From Eledone cirrhosa (Eukaryota), in NCBI GenBank assembly GCA_964016885.1, contig OZ024758.1, forward strand, positions 21,328,001 through 21,392,000: DNA of 64,000 bases, in the 5' to 3' direction. The notes beneath the pieces are model-generated. The model did no database searches. It saw nothing but the letters and a program-made list of their open reading frames with translations, and was not told the DNA's origin. The translations under genes and the position numbers were made by a program. Below are positions 45,146-57,839 of this stretch, one piece after another (position 1 is the stretch's first letter; each line of letters begins with the position of its first letter).

Positions 45146-45495
45146 CGGCTCTCTCCCCACTCACACATACACACATAGACACATACACATACACACATAC
45201 ACATACACACAACCTCTCGCCACACAAACTCTCTCCACACACACACACACTCTCACCAGTCACACATACACATACTCTTTCCCTCCACTCACACAGACTC
45301 ACAGACACACAAACACATACACCCACTCTCTCTTTCTCTCTCTCCCTCTCTCCAGATACACACACTCTCTCCACCCACAGAGAGAGAAAGTGAAAGAGAA
45401 GGAAAGGAGAGAGTGAGAGAGACAGAAAGACAGCTGCACACAAGCCGAAACCGCTTAGGGTCACCGCCCAGTTTAGACACTCGGCTATATAAACT

Positions 45496-45662
<167 letters not shown>

Positions 45663-45725
45663 TTGAAAAAAATGAAAACAAAATTTCATTTCTCACTCTT
45701 GGTATGGCACTTACTTAAATGTAAG

Positions 45726-45773
45726 TATGTATGTATACGTACATACATATATGTATACAGACGTACAGTAGCA

Positions 45774-45859
<86 letters not shown>

Positions 45860-46203
45860 TATACACATATGCATACAGGTACACATACATATATGCACGC
45901 ATCAGTTTAGCCGACGTTTATTATAACGCCTGCTTTGTTCGTTTGTTTGTCAACAAATCGAACAGTCTGAATTTATGCCATACGGTGTTAAGGCAACCAC
46001 GTCACCTTTTTGTTCAACACTGACACAGGAACGATGTACTAGTTTCAAGCTTGTTAGCTTGTTAGCTTGCCTTAACACCGTATGGCATAAATTCAGGCTG
46101 TTCGATTTGTTGACAAACAAACGAACAAAGCAAGCGTTATAATAAACGTCGGCTAAACTGATGCGTGCATATATGTATGTGTACCTGTATGCATATGTGT
46201 ATA

Positions 46204-46243
<40 letters not shown>

Positions 46244-46289
46244 TGCTACTGTACGTCTGTATACATATATGTATGTACGTATACATACA

Positions 46290-46291
<2 letters not shown>
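45726..46291. repeat. Long inverted repeat with 70-bp spacer
   Basis: Arms 45726-45996 and 46067-46291, each including a TA tract of different length. Confidence 0.9.
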
Positions 46292-46330
<39 letters not shown>

Positions 46331-46337
46331 TATATAT

Positions 46338-46534
46338 AGTGGTAGAACACTTGCAGGTGATATCCGTAGTAGTAGAGCACTCATTCCATGGGACGAGTTA
46401 GGTAGAAGCAGTAACACAACAGTTAGTTCACCATACCGAGAACAATTGTTTTACCTTAGCGGATCAGACGAGCTGAGGATCCGCTAAGGTGAAACAATTG
46501 TTCTCGGTATGATGAACTAACTCTTGTGTAACCA

Positions 46535-46537
<3 letters not shown>
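46338..46537 (-). mobile_element. (TA)n-embedded fold-back element family H
   Basis: 52-bp arms 46414-46465/46478-46529; tail 46338-46413. Confidence 0.8.
46469..46506 (+). ncRNA. Type I minimal hammerhead ribozyme
   Basis: cgag CTGAGGA t-cc-gctaa-gg-t GAAA caattg TT ctcg; palindromic stem III; GTT triplet. Confidence 0.75.
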
Positions 46538-46574
<37 letters not shown>

Positions 46575-46580
<6 letters not shown>

Positions 46581-46677
46581 TAGTTCCAAAACAATGTATA
46601 CACTTTGATTACCTGTACAGGCAATATGTATTAGAATGCAGTTGACGTGTGTATACGTTGATTTTGGGACACCCTAT
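46575..46677. mobile_element. Degenerate Tc1/mariner-type MITE
   Basis: Right end gtgtatacgttgattttgggacaccct; imperfect inverse at left end; TA flanks. Confidence 0.5.
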
Positions 46678-47154
46678 ATATATATATATGTTTGTGTGTG
46701 TGTGTGTGTGTAAAAAGGGTGAGGCGTAGACATAAAAATTCCAAAATGATTAATTAATTCTACTTTTGGCACAAGCACATAAAATACCCCAGTGCATTAC
46801 CGGTACTTTATTTTATCGACACCCTAGGGTTGAAAGGCATTAATCATTCCTAAATGATTAATATTGACTACATTGATCGTACAAGATATTGTCTTGGTTT
46901 TAGAAGGCTGGAACTCAAGCTAGTATTGGAGGGTTTTCAATTAACGCCATAAAGAAAATTTACCAAATACCAAAATGTGATTTTTGTCCAAATGCTATAT
47001 TGACTTTTCTATTTATATATGTTATGCTTTTGTAGGATGTTCAACGGTTTATATTTCTTTGGGAGATTTTTTAGGCATATGTTTGTTTATTTTAATGATC
47101 AGCATTTCGGTTTTCCCTCGACCCCTGCGGAAAAGTGTGCGAATGAGTTGGTGG

Positions 47155-47283
47155 AGAAGAAGAAGAAGAAGAAGAAGAAGAAGAAGAAGAAGAAGAAGAA
47201 GAAGAAGAAGAAGAAGAAGAAGAAGAAGAAGAAGAAGAAGAAGAAGAAGAAGAAGAAGAAGAAGAAGAAGAAGAAGACGACGA
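47155..47283. repeat. (GAA)n microsatellite
   Basis: Directly visible. Confidence 0.98.
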
Positions 47284-48021
47284 AGATCGTTTTGGTTGTA
47301 TTAGATTTTTTTTAAACATTTCGTCATTTGGCCCTTTCAATATGTTTATATTGGTAACGTCTTTCTATAGAAAAACATGTTTTTTCCAGGAAATACAAAA
47401 CGATTTATAATCACCTTTCATCTTCAATCAAGGTTAATATATTAACGAAAGTAATACACAAAGGACAACGTAAAATAACACCCACAACTCTATTCAAGCA
47501 TAAACATCTACACATTATGTACGTATGTATTTATAGGAATGATTCCTATTCAAGCATTTTAAAATATTTTTGTATCTATTTATTTTGTTTGAATTTACTG
47601 ACAATTAATCACAACTTTCTGTATATATTCTAAGTATTATATATACACATTGCTTCTGAATAATTTCTATAACCTTTCAGTAGAAACGACCAGGTGTTTC
47701 AAATTATGTTGGCTTTGGAAACATACACCTAATGTGTCAGCTTTCTTCCTTTCCTTTAACAATCTTGCAATTGCTTCAGGAAATAATTGAGTGAATCACA
47801 AACAGCCTAACTCCCAAATGAGAGTGTATCGTGTATAAATGTTTCTTTGTGAATCAAAAGACTTATCAAATATAATTGTTTTTAAACAACAGTAAACACC
47901 TGGTGACCAAAATTATTTCGTTCTTCTATTTATCGTTTTATCTATAAAGCCATTCAGAAAGATAAGCAGTTGTACAGATAGCTAGTTAGCTAGATATAGA
48001 TACGTAGATAGATACATAGGT

Positions 48022-48109
<88 letters not shown>

Positions 48110-48163
48110 TAGAGTGAGAGAAAGAGAGTAGTTGGATGAGGGGATATATATATTTATACATGT

Positions 48164-48226
<63 letters not shown>

Positions 48227-48617
48227 AGTGGCTGTGTGTTCGTGGTTCAATAGATAGATAGATTGATAGTTATATAGGTAGATAGATAGATAGATAGATA
48301 GATAGATATGTTGGGAGAAAGGAAAGTAAGTTGAGTGGGAATGAGGTAGACAGATGGATATATAATTAGAAATATTCCCTCGACTGTGCTCCGTAAATAT
48401 TTCCATGATGTCATTGACTGTAAATCCGATTTCGTGGAGTGAATGTTGCCGTATAAACCCTTCCTCGGATTGCAGACGCTCCTACACAGGAATATGGATC
48501 AGTTTCTACTGATACAAGTAGATATTAGGGATAGGGACAGTGTAGGAATATGTTTTCCTTCTAATATGACATAAGATGTTATACAAGATGCAGTCTAGAT
48601 AGCAGTAATTATTCACA

Positions 48618-48897
48618 GTGGATTGGCAGTATCAGTAGAGGGTCTGCCGCCATGCTTTGCAGCAAAGAGTTACAGCCCTTTATGGTCTGAGTTCAAATCC
48701 CGCCGAGGTTAACTTTGCCTTTCCGCCTTACAGGGCCGATAAAATAAAGTACCAGTAATACACTGGGATAATTGCTGGCCTTCTGCCAAATGTAGATACA
48801 ATTATTCACGTGTATAGGCAGTATCGGTAGAGCGTCGAACAATATGATTCACGGCACACAATAATCCCCCTTTACGTTCTGAGTTCAAATCCCGCTA
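48618..48897 (+). mobile_element. SINE S1 plus partial second head
   Basis: Full copy flanked by attattcac repeats, followed by a 5' fragment. Confidence 0.87.
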
Positions 48898-49056
48898 ATG
48901 CTGTAAATTAATATCAGCTCTACCTTGAACATTGTTAACTAAATTTCTTTAAAATTCCTGCTAAGTACTTACTTAACTAATTCAAGTTAAGGCCGTTTAT
49001 CCCTTTTGAAATTGCTAGGCAATTATCTCAGTACAATGCAGTTATTACGAAAATTT

Positions 49057-49350
49057 GAAATTAACTCCAGCGAAAATCGAACTTTGCGATTAGCGATTTA
49101 ATTTATGTGTCAAAAATACACAACTAATTCAACTCTTCTTTAATAAATCGTGGGATTCATCAATTTAGCACAATAGGAAAGATTTCCCCGGAATTAATCA
49201 AAATAGCCCCATGAGAGCATTCTTACCACCGGAAACAAAACAGGTCATCGATTCCAATCTAATTGCCAAGATATTCTCCATTAATATGAGCTGCAATGAA
49301 ACAGCCATAATAACTACTCTCATTAACACAGTAGGCCAACCATCACCAAC
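49057..49350. repeat. Unclassified ~300-bp dispersed repeat, inverted copy at 60172-60470
   Basis: Colinear reverse-complement similarity throughout. Confidence 0.85.
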
Positions 49351-49947
49351 CATACATCAACCTGTACAAGTTTTCATAGCCGCAGCCTATAAACCTCTCA
49401 GCCTACCTTTGTACGGCTACAAATGTGTATTTATATCAATATACCTTTTCTTAAGAATCTACAGGTGTTTTTTTCTAGTTTCTGTATTTAATTATGCTCT
49501 TTAAAGTAATGCATATGCTAACTGTACCAAACTGCATGTGATTTCATTTCTAGCTATCATTCATCATAATTTCTAAACACATGCTACAAACTTTCAGAAA
49601 GAAGCACCAGGAGTTACCTTTTCTTCTTGGTTTTCGAAACTTAAAACTAAAGTGTCAACTTTATATTCCCATCTTTCAGAGATTTATTGATAGATTCTGG
49701 AAGGAACTGAATGAATCTTATAAAGCAAACCAGAGAATATATTTCAAGGTGGTTAATCTCCCAAATGAGAGAGTATCATTAAAAATTTCTTCTTTTCCAT
49801 AGACTAATCAAACATAATTGTGTTTATTCAAAGTAAACACCTGGACACCAACGTAAATTCATATTCTCTACGTAGCTAGTTAGTTATATCGTAACTACTT
49901 ATCTCGCTTACTACTTAGAATCATATATATATATATATATATATATA

Positions 49948-50008
<61 letters not shown>

Positions 50009-50121
50009 ATCCCATCCACCACCACCCACTCTCAAAAGCGTGAATCTAATAAACTACCATTTGTACTGCCTCTCTGATTGTTGTTCCTGTCTAATATTTA
50101 ACTATATATATATATATATAT

Positions 50122-50160
<39 letters not shown>

Positions 50161-50171
50161 TATGTATTTAC

Positions 50172-50213
<42 letters not shown>

Positions 50214-50271
50214 TTATATATATATGTATATATTTATATATATATATATATATACATATATATGTATTTAC

Positions 50272-50321
<50 letters not shown>

Positions 50322-50367
50322 TTATATATATATGTATATATTTATATATATATATATATGTATTTAC

Positions 50368-50398
<31 letters not shown>

Positions 50399-50458
50399 TA
50401 TGTACATATATATGTATATATATACGTACATACATATATATGTATATATATATTATAT

Positions 50459-50556
<98 letters not shown>

Positions 50557-50569
50557 ATATATGTTTATG

Positions 50570-50600
<31 letters not shown>

Positions 50601-50938
50601 TTCCTCTCCGTTCCATCCTCAACGTATGTGTCTAGTTGTAAAACTTTGCAAATTGATTTTACATATAGTTGTAATATGTTTTCTTTATCTCCCTCTTTCT
50701 CGTTCTCGCTTCCAACGCACAGAAAGAGAAAGCGGTAATAAATATGCACACACACATATACAAACACATTCACACACACACAAACACTAGGAATATATAT
50801 CTAGTGTAATCTTCCATACACGATGTTTAAAAAAAAGAGACTGTCATGGTTACGATACATTTGAACATAAATATATCTTCCCGTAAAGTTAGAACCTGAG
50901 TTAAATAACAAAGACTTTTCATAAACTAAGTGAGGTCT

Positions 50939-51165
50939 ATGGATTGACAGTGTATGAAGACCGTCGGACGCCATGCTTTGTAGCATAGAATTACCTCCCT
51001 TTACGTTGTGTGTCCAAATCCCGCCATTGATAGCTTTTCCTTTTATAATTACGGGGTCGATAAAATAAAGTACCAGTAACGCCCTGAGGTCAATTTAATC
51101 GACTCCTTCCGCAACCCAACAGAAACGAAAACAATTGTTGGTATTTTGCTTAAATCAGAAACAAT
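50939..51165 (+). mobile_element. Diverged SINE S1 long-tail variant
   Basis: Consensus similarity. Confidence 0.78.
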
Positions 51166-51522
51166 TATTTATTTCTCTTTACATATCAATTGATTGTCTT
51201 TCGTTTCACGGTTCTGAGGTGTTGATCCCATACCAGAGTCGATGAAATCCATGATTCTCCTTCTAAACTTGAAAACATGTCTAATACTTCAAGGAATGAT
51301 TTTTGCTACAACATGGTAGATATCTGAATCATAGATATTAACATATGTGCTGCAGCATAATGTCCAGTCATATTACATTCTTAGTCCGAGTCTATTTCCT
51401 GCTTCAGGGTTTGATAGGAATATCTTGTATCAGTCAAATACTAGAATTGTTTTAAAAATGACAAACACTTTTTATATTGTATGAATATTAGGAAATAATA
51501 TTATATATTATATATTAGGGGC

Positions 51523-51909
51523 GGTGGTTTGGCAGTATCGGTAGAAGGTCGGACGCCATACTTTGACGCATAGAGTTACGGCCCCTTGCCATTCTGAGTT
51601 CAAATCCCGCCGAGGTTAACTTTGCCTTTCGTCCTTAAAAATCGGGATCGATAAAATAAAGTACCAGTAATGCACTGGGGTATTGCTGGCCTTGTGCCAA
51701 AAGTAGAAACAATTATATATTTTCTGGATTGGTAGTATCGGTAGAGGGTCGGACGCTATGCTTTGACACATAGAGTTAAGGCCCTTGCCATTCTAAGTTT
51801 AAATTATACCGAGGTTAACTTTGCCTTTCACCATTACGGGGTCGATAACATAAAGTACCATTAATGCACTGGGTAATTGCTGGCATTGTGCCAAAAGTAG
51901 AAACAATTA
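51523..51909 (+). mobile_element. Two tandem SINE S1 copies
   Basis: 51523-51713 and 51726-51909, bounded by attatatatt repeats. Confidence 0.9.
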
Positions 51910-51950
51910 TATATTTTCTAAATATTGTATATATGTCCTTCCGTCAAATG

Positions 51951-52420
51951 TATTTTGTATATTTAAACCAGAGAAATACCTAGGATTATTAGTATCTAGA
52001 TTTACACGTATAATTACAAATCTATTTTGTATATTTAAACCGTGAACATACCAAGGGTCATAGGTCTCTGAAAGTAGAGGTATTCTAACAAATATAGTAT
52101 GTATCTTTAAACTAGAGATACACCTATATATAAATCTCTGGATGTACTCGTATATTAATACATATATTCAATAGCTCGGAAATTCAGCAATACCAAGAGT
52201 TATATGTCTCTGGATGTACTTGTATACTAACATTATATTAAATAGTTCAGAACTACAGTAAAGCCTAGGGTTATATATAGGGATTGGATGACGTTTACTA
52301 AAATTATATTAAATAACTCAGAACTACAGAAAAGCCTAGGGTTATATGTTTGGATATCGTCTTCAAAAAACTCTATTCTGTGGCTCTCAACCAGAGAAAT
52401 ACCTAGGGTTATAAGTCTCA
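51951..52420. repeat. Degenerate ~70-bp tandem repeat (~7 units)
   Basis: Recurring tatt...ccagagaaatacctagggttata...tctctggatgtac motifs. Confidence 0.7.
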
Positions 52421-53711
52421 GTTTTCTTTATATTATCGACAATATTTTCTTGAGAACCTGAATACTTTCTCGAAGCGTTTTCGTCTGAATTACATATATT
52501 CAATGAGTAACTGACAGTTCTTCGATTTCTGCTTTATATCATGTTTCCCAACGTTTAAAGCTCCTACAATTACAAGGGTTCTTCTTGTATCTATTTACTC
52601 CATCTTTGATATTCTTATTTGCATGTCTTTATATTTGCAGAATGTTCCATCGCCTTTAAGAAGATAATACTGTTTCCTTATGTTATATTTCTTTATTCAG
52701 CAAGTCACGTCGATCTACAGTATATGCAAGATTTCAATATCTTCCATTTTATAACAACATAAGGAGATTTTCTTCATATTATTGTGCACATATTTTCATT
52801 ATCCTGGAGAAACACATATTTCTTATTTGAACACTTGTTTGCGAGAATCCAATGGCTACGAAGCTGGTTTCGCCATCATAACGACCCGTCTTCGATCATA
52901 CTATGTAGCATAGTCAGAAACTGCCATGTATCCTATTTTGTTACTGGTAATTCCTTTTAAGAACTCCGTAAGGATGGAATGCAATGCTAACCTCGGTGGG
53001 ATTTCAGCTCAGAAGGTACATGCATATGAAAATAGGAACTATCATTACGTACACTTTAACAATTCAGGTGTGAATGCGGTTTTGTGAAATATATAGAGGG
53101 AATAACATGTCGCATAATAAACATTTAGGGTAATATATATTCTCCGTTCAAATTAAAGTAGATTTCAAGAAAATGAACTAACACGTGTCAAGTAAAGATT
53201 GATGTATGCTCCATAATCAAATCTGTTAACTCACCCGATCCGACGGGGAGTTATCCCACCCATTTTGGTGTCAGTGAGAGATGTCTTCTCTTTTGAAAAT
53301 GGGTATAGCTTTAATTATGTAAAATCTCCCCATGTTGCCTCATTTCTCCCCTTTTTGGGACACCTTTTTTCACAGTACTCCTAGTTGGGGTTTCTAGATG
53401 TTGGCAGATATGCCTAATGAAAATGTGTAAATTAGCAGGATTAATTACGTCTATTTTGTTGGCGTCTAAGAATGATATCTATCTATATAGGGCGGGTAAA
53501 ATTCCCGAGATAAGAATATATATTTTTCTCAGAGATAGCTGATCCATCATCCACTGGACCTCCCTGCAGAGTAATAACCACCAGACTGACCCTTGACAAT
53601 ATAGTTAGGGACTCAAACCCTAATGCTGTTAAGTACACACTCCGTGGTTCTTTTCAATAGCTGATAAAAACTTACCGGCGCCACTCGAATAAGGTAATTA
53701 TTTAATCCATA

Positions 53712-53858
53712 AACAGGGCCCTAGCAGGTACTACTACTCCAGGCCGGATCAGACCTGAGAATGATAGCAACTAAGAGGTAACTCCACATTCCCCACAGCT
53801 CCTGAACTCCCGAACTGGAGCCTTGTCACTACATGTAGTTTATTGTTATACCCAGGAA
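53712..53858 (-). mobile_element. Fragment of a third SINE-like interspersed repeat
   Basis: ggtactactactccagg...actccacattccccacagctcc...ctggagcc...cccagga resembles a common octopus repeat I recall; single copy here. Confidence 0.5.
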
Positions 53859-54861
53859 TGATCTGTGGCACTACAATGAACCTAAATATATAGTAGAAAG
53901 TCGATGCAATGCTTGAGATTTCACTGTCATGAACAGGAAAGCCTGTGATTGAATATCTCGAAATATTATTCGAGATGAATATAATAATTATTGCGTAACA
54001 GTTCATGTCATATTAACTTCCATTATAGACAATCGTCAATCCTCTGTGGGTTATTTTATTGAAAGTCAATGGATTCTAGAAACAACGAATCCCAGGAAAG
54101 TATATCAAGTCCCAGAGTGTCTGAAATCTGTAACATAATTGAGAGCTGTTTACACAAGGCAACGTTAGGAGTCTTGATATCATGTGTATGCCTTATGAAG
54201 TCTAGCCTGAAATGTTACGCATACTTGATTCCATTTTGATGAATGATGTGCTGAAACGGGCAAGATAATTGGATTATCTCCAAATCTCTTATCAAGGAGG
54301 TGGAAAAGTAATTGAAGCAAACTAATATGAATACGAAACGTAATACGGTATATCAAATAGAGCAAGCCTATAAAGCTAGCGAAGTATTTCTATATTCTAT
54401 GATTAGTAGCATCGATAATATCAGTAGAAGCAAAAGCAACAGTAACAGAAACAGTTTTATACTCGATCACTTTTATTCGACGCCTAAATATATATATGTA
54501 GTAGTAGCAGTAGCAGTTGTAACTTTGGAAGCGGTAACACTAGCTGTTTTGTAACACTGCCAAATAGTAACCAACTACATAAACGAATAGAAATACGAGA
54601 TACAGCAACACAGCTTTTCTGGAAATGTGGATGGTACAATTTCATTTTATTTTATTTTATTTTATTTTATTTTATTTTAGATATATGATATTTGTATCTA
54701 AAATTATATTTTATATATTTATATAATTCATCGTTATCATTATTATTTGATTGCCCCAGCTCTGCTTAGTTGTAAGAAATTCTCAGGCTGGCTGGACAGC
54801 AGAAGGTCTCCAGAGAAGAAACCCTCTTTCAGCAAGCGTTTCAGTCCCTATGAGTTATTAA

Positions 54862-54903
<42 letters not shown>

Positions 54904-54918
54904 ACTACATATATATAC

Positions 54919-54976
<58 letters not shown>

Positions 54977-54984
54977 ACAAAAGT

Positions 54985-55283
54985 ATGAAATCAAAAATTA
55001 ACTGGAGTCTTATTTATTTTTAAATATATATATTTGGTTACTTTACCGGTTTCGCAGTTCTTCTGCTTTTCAAAAGTAGAGTTGTGAGAAAAACCACAGA
55101 CCCTCCATCTCAACTCTACTTTTGAAAAGCAGAAGAACTGCGAAACCGATAAAGGAACCAAATAAAAATATATATATATTTTTAAAAATAAGACTCCAGT
55201 TGCATTTTCGATTTCATCTTTTTTTCTTTATAGTTTCACTCGTGTAGGACACCTCGGGTATTTTTCATTTTGTAAAAAAAAAC
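54985..55283 (+). mobile_element. Fold-back element family D
   Basis: Arms 54985-55084/55111-55217; tail to ~55283; same family as 24362. Confidence 0.78.
55041..55076 (-). ncRNA. Variant (U3-A8) minimal hammerhead ribozyme
   Basis: ctt TTGAAAA gcag-aagaa-ctgc GAAA ccgg TA aag; the + copy at 55119-55154 has one stem III substitution. Confidence 0.68.
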
Positions 55284-55689
55284 TCTGGAGACCTTCTGCT
55301 GTCAAGATGGCCTGAGAATTTCTTACCACTAAGCAGAGATGGGGAAATCAAATGATAATGATAACTCTCAAGCGTGAAACTAATAATAATAACATTTGTA
55401 CCGCCTCTTCGTTTTTCTGTTTTTTGTTCTATGTTTACTTTAAAAAAAAAAAATATATATATATATAAGTGTGTGTGTGTGTGTCTGAATATTTAATATA
55501 AAACTCATATCGTCTGCACAAATTATTTCAAGGCAATCCTATGTAATGAAGCAATAGATCTTTGCTACATTGATCAATAAATGTATCTCTTATTGAGTAT
55601 TTTCATGATATAATCGTCTTCAACTCTGTTTTAATGTTACATTCGTTTGTCTGTCTCTAACATTATATATTTGTCTGATGTTGATAATA

Positions 55690-56220
55690 AGTGTTTCTAC
55701 TTTAGGCACAAAGCCAGGATTTTGATTAACCTCGGTGGGATTTGAACTCAGAACGTAAAGAGCCATAACACTATGCCGCAATGTATGGTGTCTGACCTTC
55801 TATCGATACTACTAATCTATCATATTTTTTATTTTCTTTAGGCTCCATGCTAGCAATTTGGAGAGGAGGGGAAACTCGATTAAATCGACCTCAGTGAATT
55901 ACTGGTACGTTATTATATCGACCCCGTAGTATAAAAGGCAAAACTAACTTAGGCAGGATCTGAATTCAAAAATAAAGGGCCATAACGCTGTGCAGCATAG
56001 TATGGTGTCTGACGTTCTACCGATACTGTTAATCCATATTAATTGTTTCTACTTTAGGCACAAGGCCAGCAATTTGAAGGGGAGGGGAACGTTGATTAAA
56101 TCAACACCAGTGTATTACTGGTACATTATTTTATCCATTCGTAAGGATGAAAGGTAAAACTAAACTCGGCGGGATTTTAACTCAGAACGTATAGGGCTAT
56201 AACTCTAAGCTGCAAAGCAT
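55690..56220 (-). mobile_element. Cluster of three diverged SINE S1 copies
   Basis: Reverse-complement consensus similarity. Confidence 0.8.
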
Positions 56221-56317
56221 AGTAGTCGTAGTAGTAACAGTAGCCATAACAGCGCCAGCACCGTCAGCAGAAGCAGTAGTAGCATAAGTAGTAGTAGTAG
56301 TAGTAGTAGTAGTAGCT

Positions 56318-56371
<54 letters not shown>

Positions 56372-56584
56372 ATTGTAGTAGTAATAGGAGCAGTAGTAGT
56401 AATAGGAGTAATTGTAGTAGTAATAGGAGCATCAGCAGTAGTAGTAGTAGTAGTAGCAGTAGTAGTAGTAGTAGCAGCAGCAGTAGTAGTAGTAGTAGTA
56501 GTAGTAGTAATAGGAGCAGTAGTGGTAGGAGCAGCAGTAGTAGTAGTAGTAGTAGTAGTAGTAGCAGTAGTAGAAGTAGTAGTA
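56221..56584. repeat. (GTA)n/(GCA)n compound microsatellite
   Basis: Directly visible. Confidence 0.95.
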
Positions 56585-56939
56585 AAATATATCGAATCAG
56601 TAAAATCTACGAAAATCAAGTAAGATACGATATTTTTCATTGGAAAAAACAGTCAAGTCACTGTAGCTGTGTTACCTTTCTCACAAGAGAACTGCATACA
56701 ATTACATTGGAATCTCATTATATTGTCGTGGGAAACATCATCACATTTTGTCATTCTCATTACAAACTATCGACCTGGCGGTTAACATTTCACATATACC
56801 AGTCAGGTATAACACATCATTAAGGAATGCTTAACCTGTCCAACTTTGAATAAGCCATGCCATCTCTAATAGTTTTAATAACATCAACGTTATATTCACT
56901 GGGTAGGGAAGGACTGATGATCGCGATGGAGACAAGAAA

Positions 56940-57776
56940 CGCACGCATATATAGACATATATGTATACGCGTACAGACTCACACACGTACAAGCAAATAC
57001 AGACACACATGCATACACGCACACATACACATATACACACACACGTACAGGCAAATACAGACACACATACATACACACACACATATACACGCACACATAC
57101 GTACAGGCAAATACAGACACGCATACACATACAGACACATATATACACATACATACACAGACATACACACATACATACATACAGACACATACACACACAC
57201 ATACACACATACACACACGTACACAGGCACATACACACATAGACACACACACACACACACTTACAGATACGTGCACACACACACATGCACATACCCACAT
57301 GCACACACACGCACATACACACACATACAAATACACACATACATATAAATACACACATACACACACATATACAAAATCACAAATACACACATACATACAC
57401 CCATACAGATGCACACATACACAATCACAAATACACACATACATACACACATACAAATACACACATACACCCATACAGATGCACACATACATACACACAT
57501 ACAAATATACACATACATGGGCACATACAAATACACACATATATACGCAATTACAAATACACGCATACATGCACACATACAAATAGACACATACACACAT
57601 ACAAATACACACATGCATGCACACATACAAGTACACACATGCATACACACATACAAATACACACATACATACACACATAACAAATACACACATACATACA
57701 CATTTACAAGTACACACATACATACACACATACAAGTACACACATACACACATACAAGTACACACATACACACACT
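56940..57776. repeat. CA/TACA-rich low-complexity tract
   Basis: Directly visible. Confidence 0.95.
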
Positions 57777-57839
57777 TAATTCGAATGGGAGAAAGTCGAA
57801 TCTTGGAATGGAATGAAGTAGACAGGTTTAGGAAACAAG

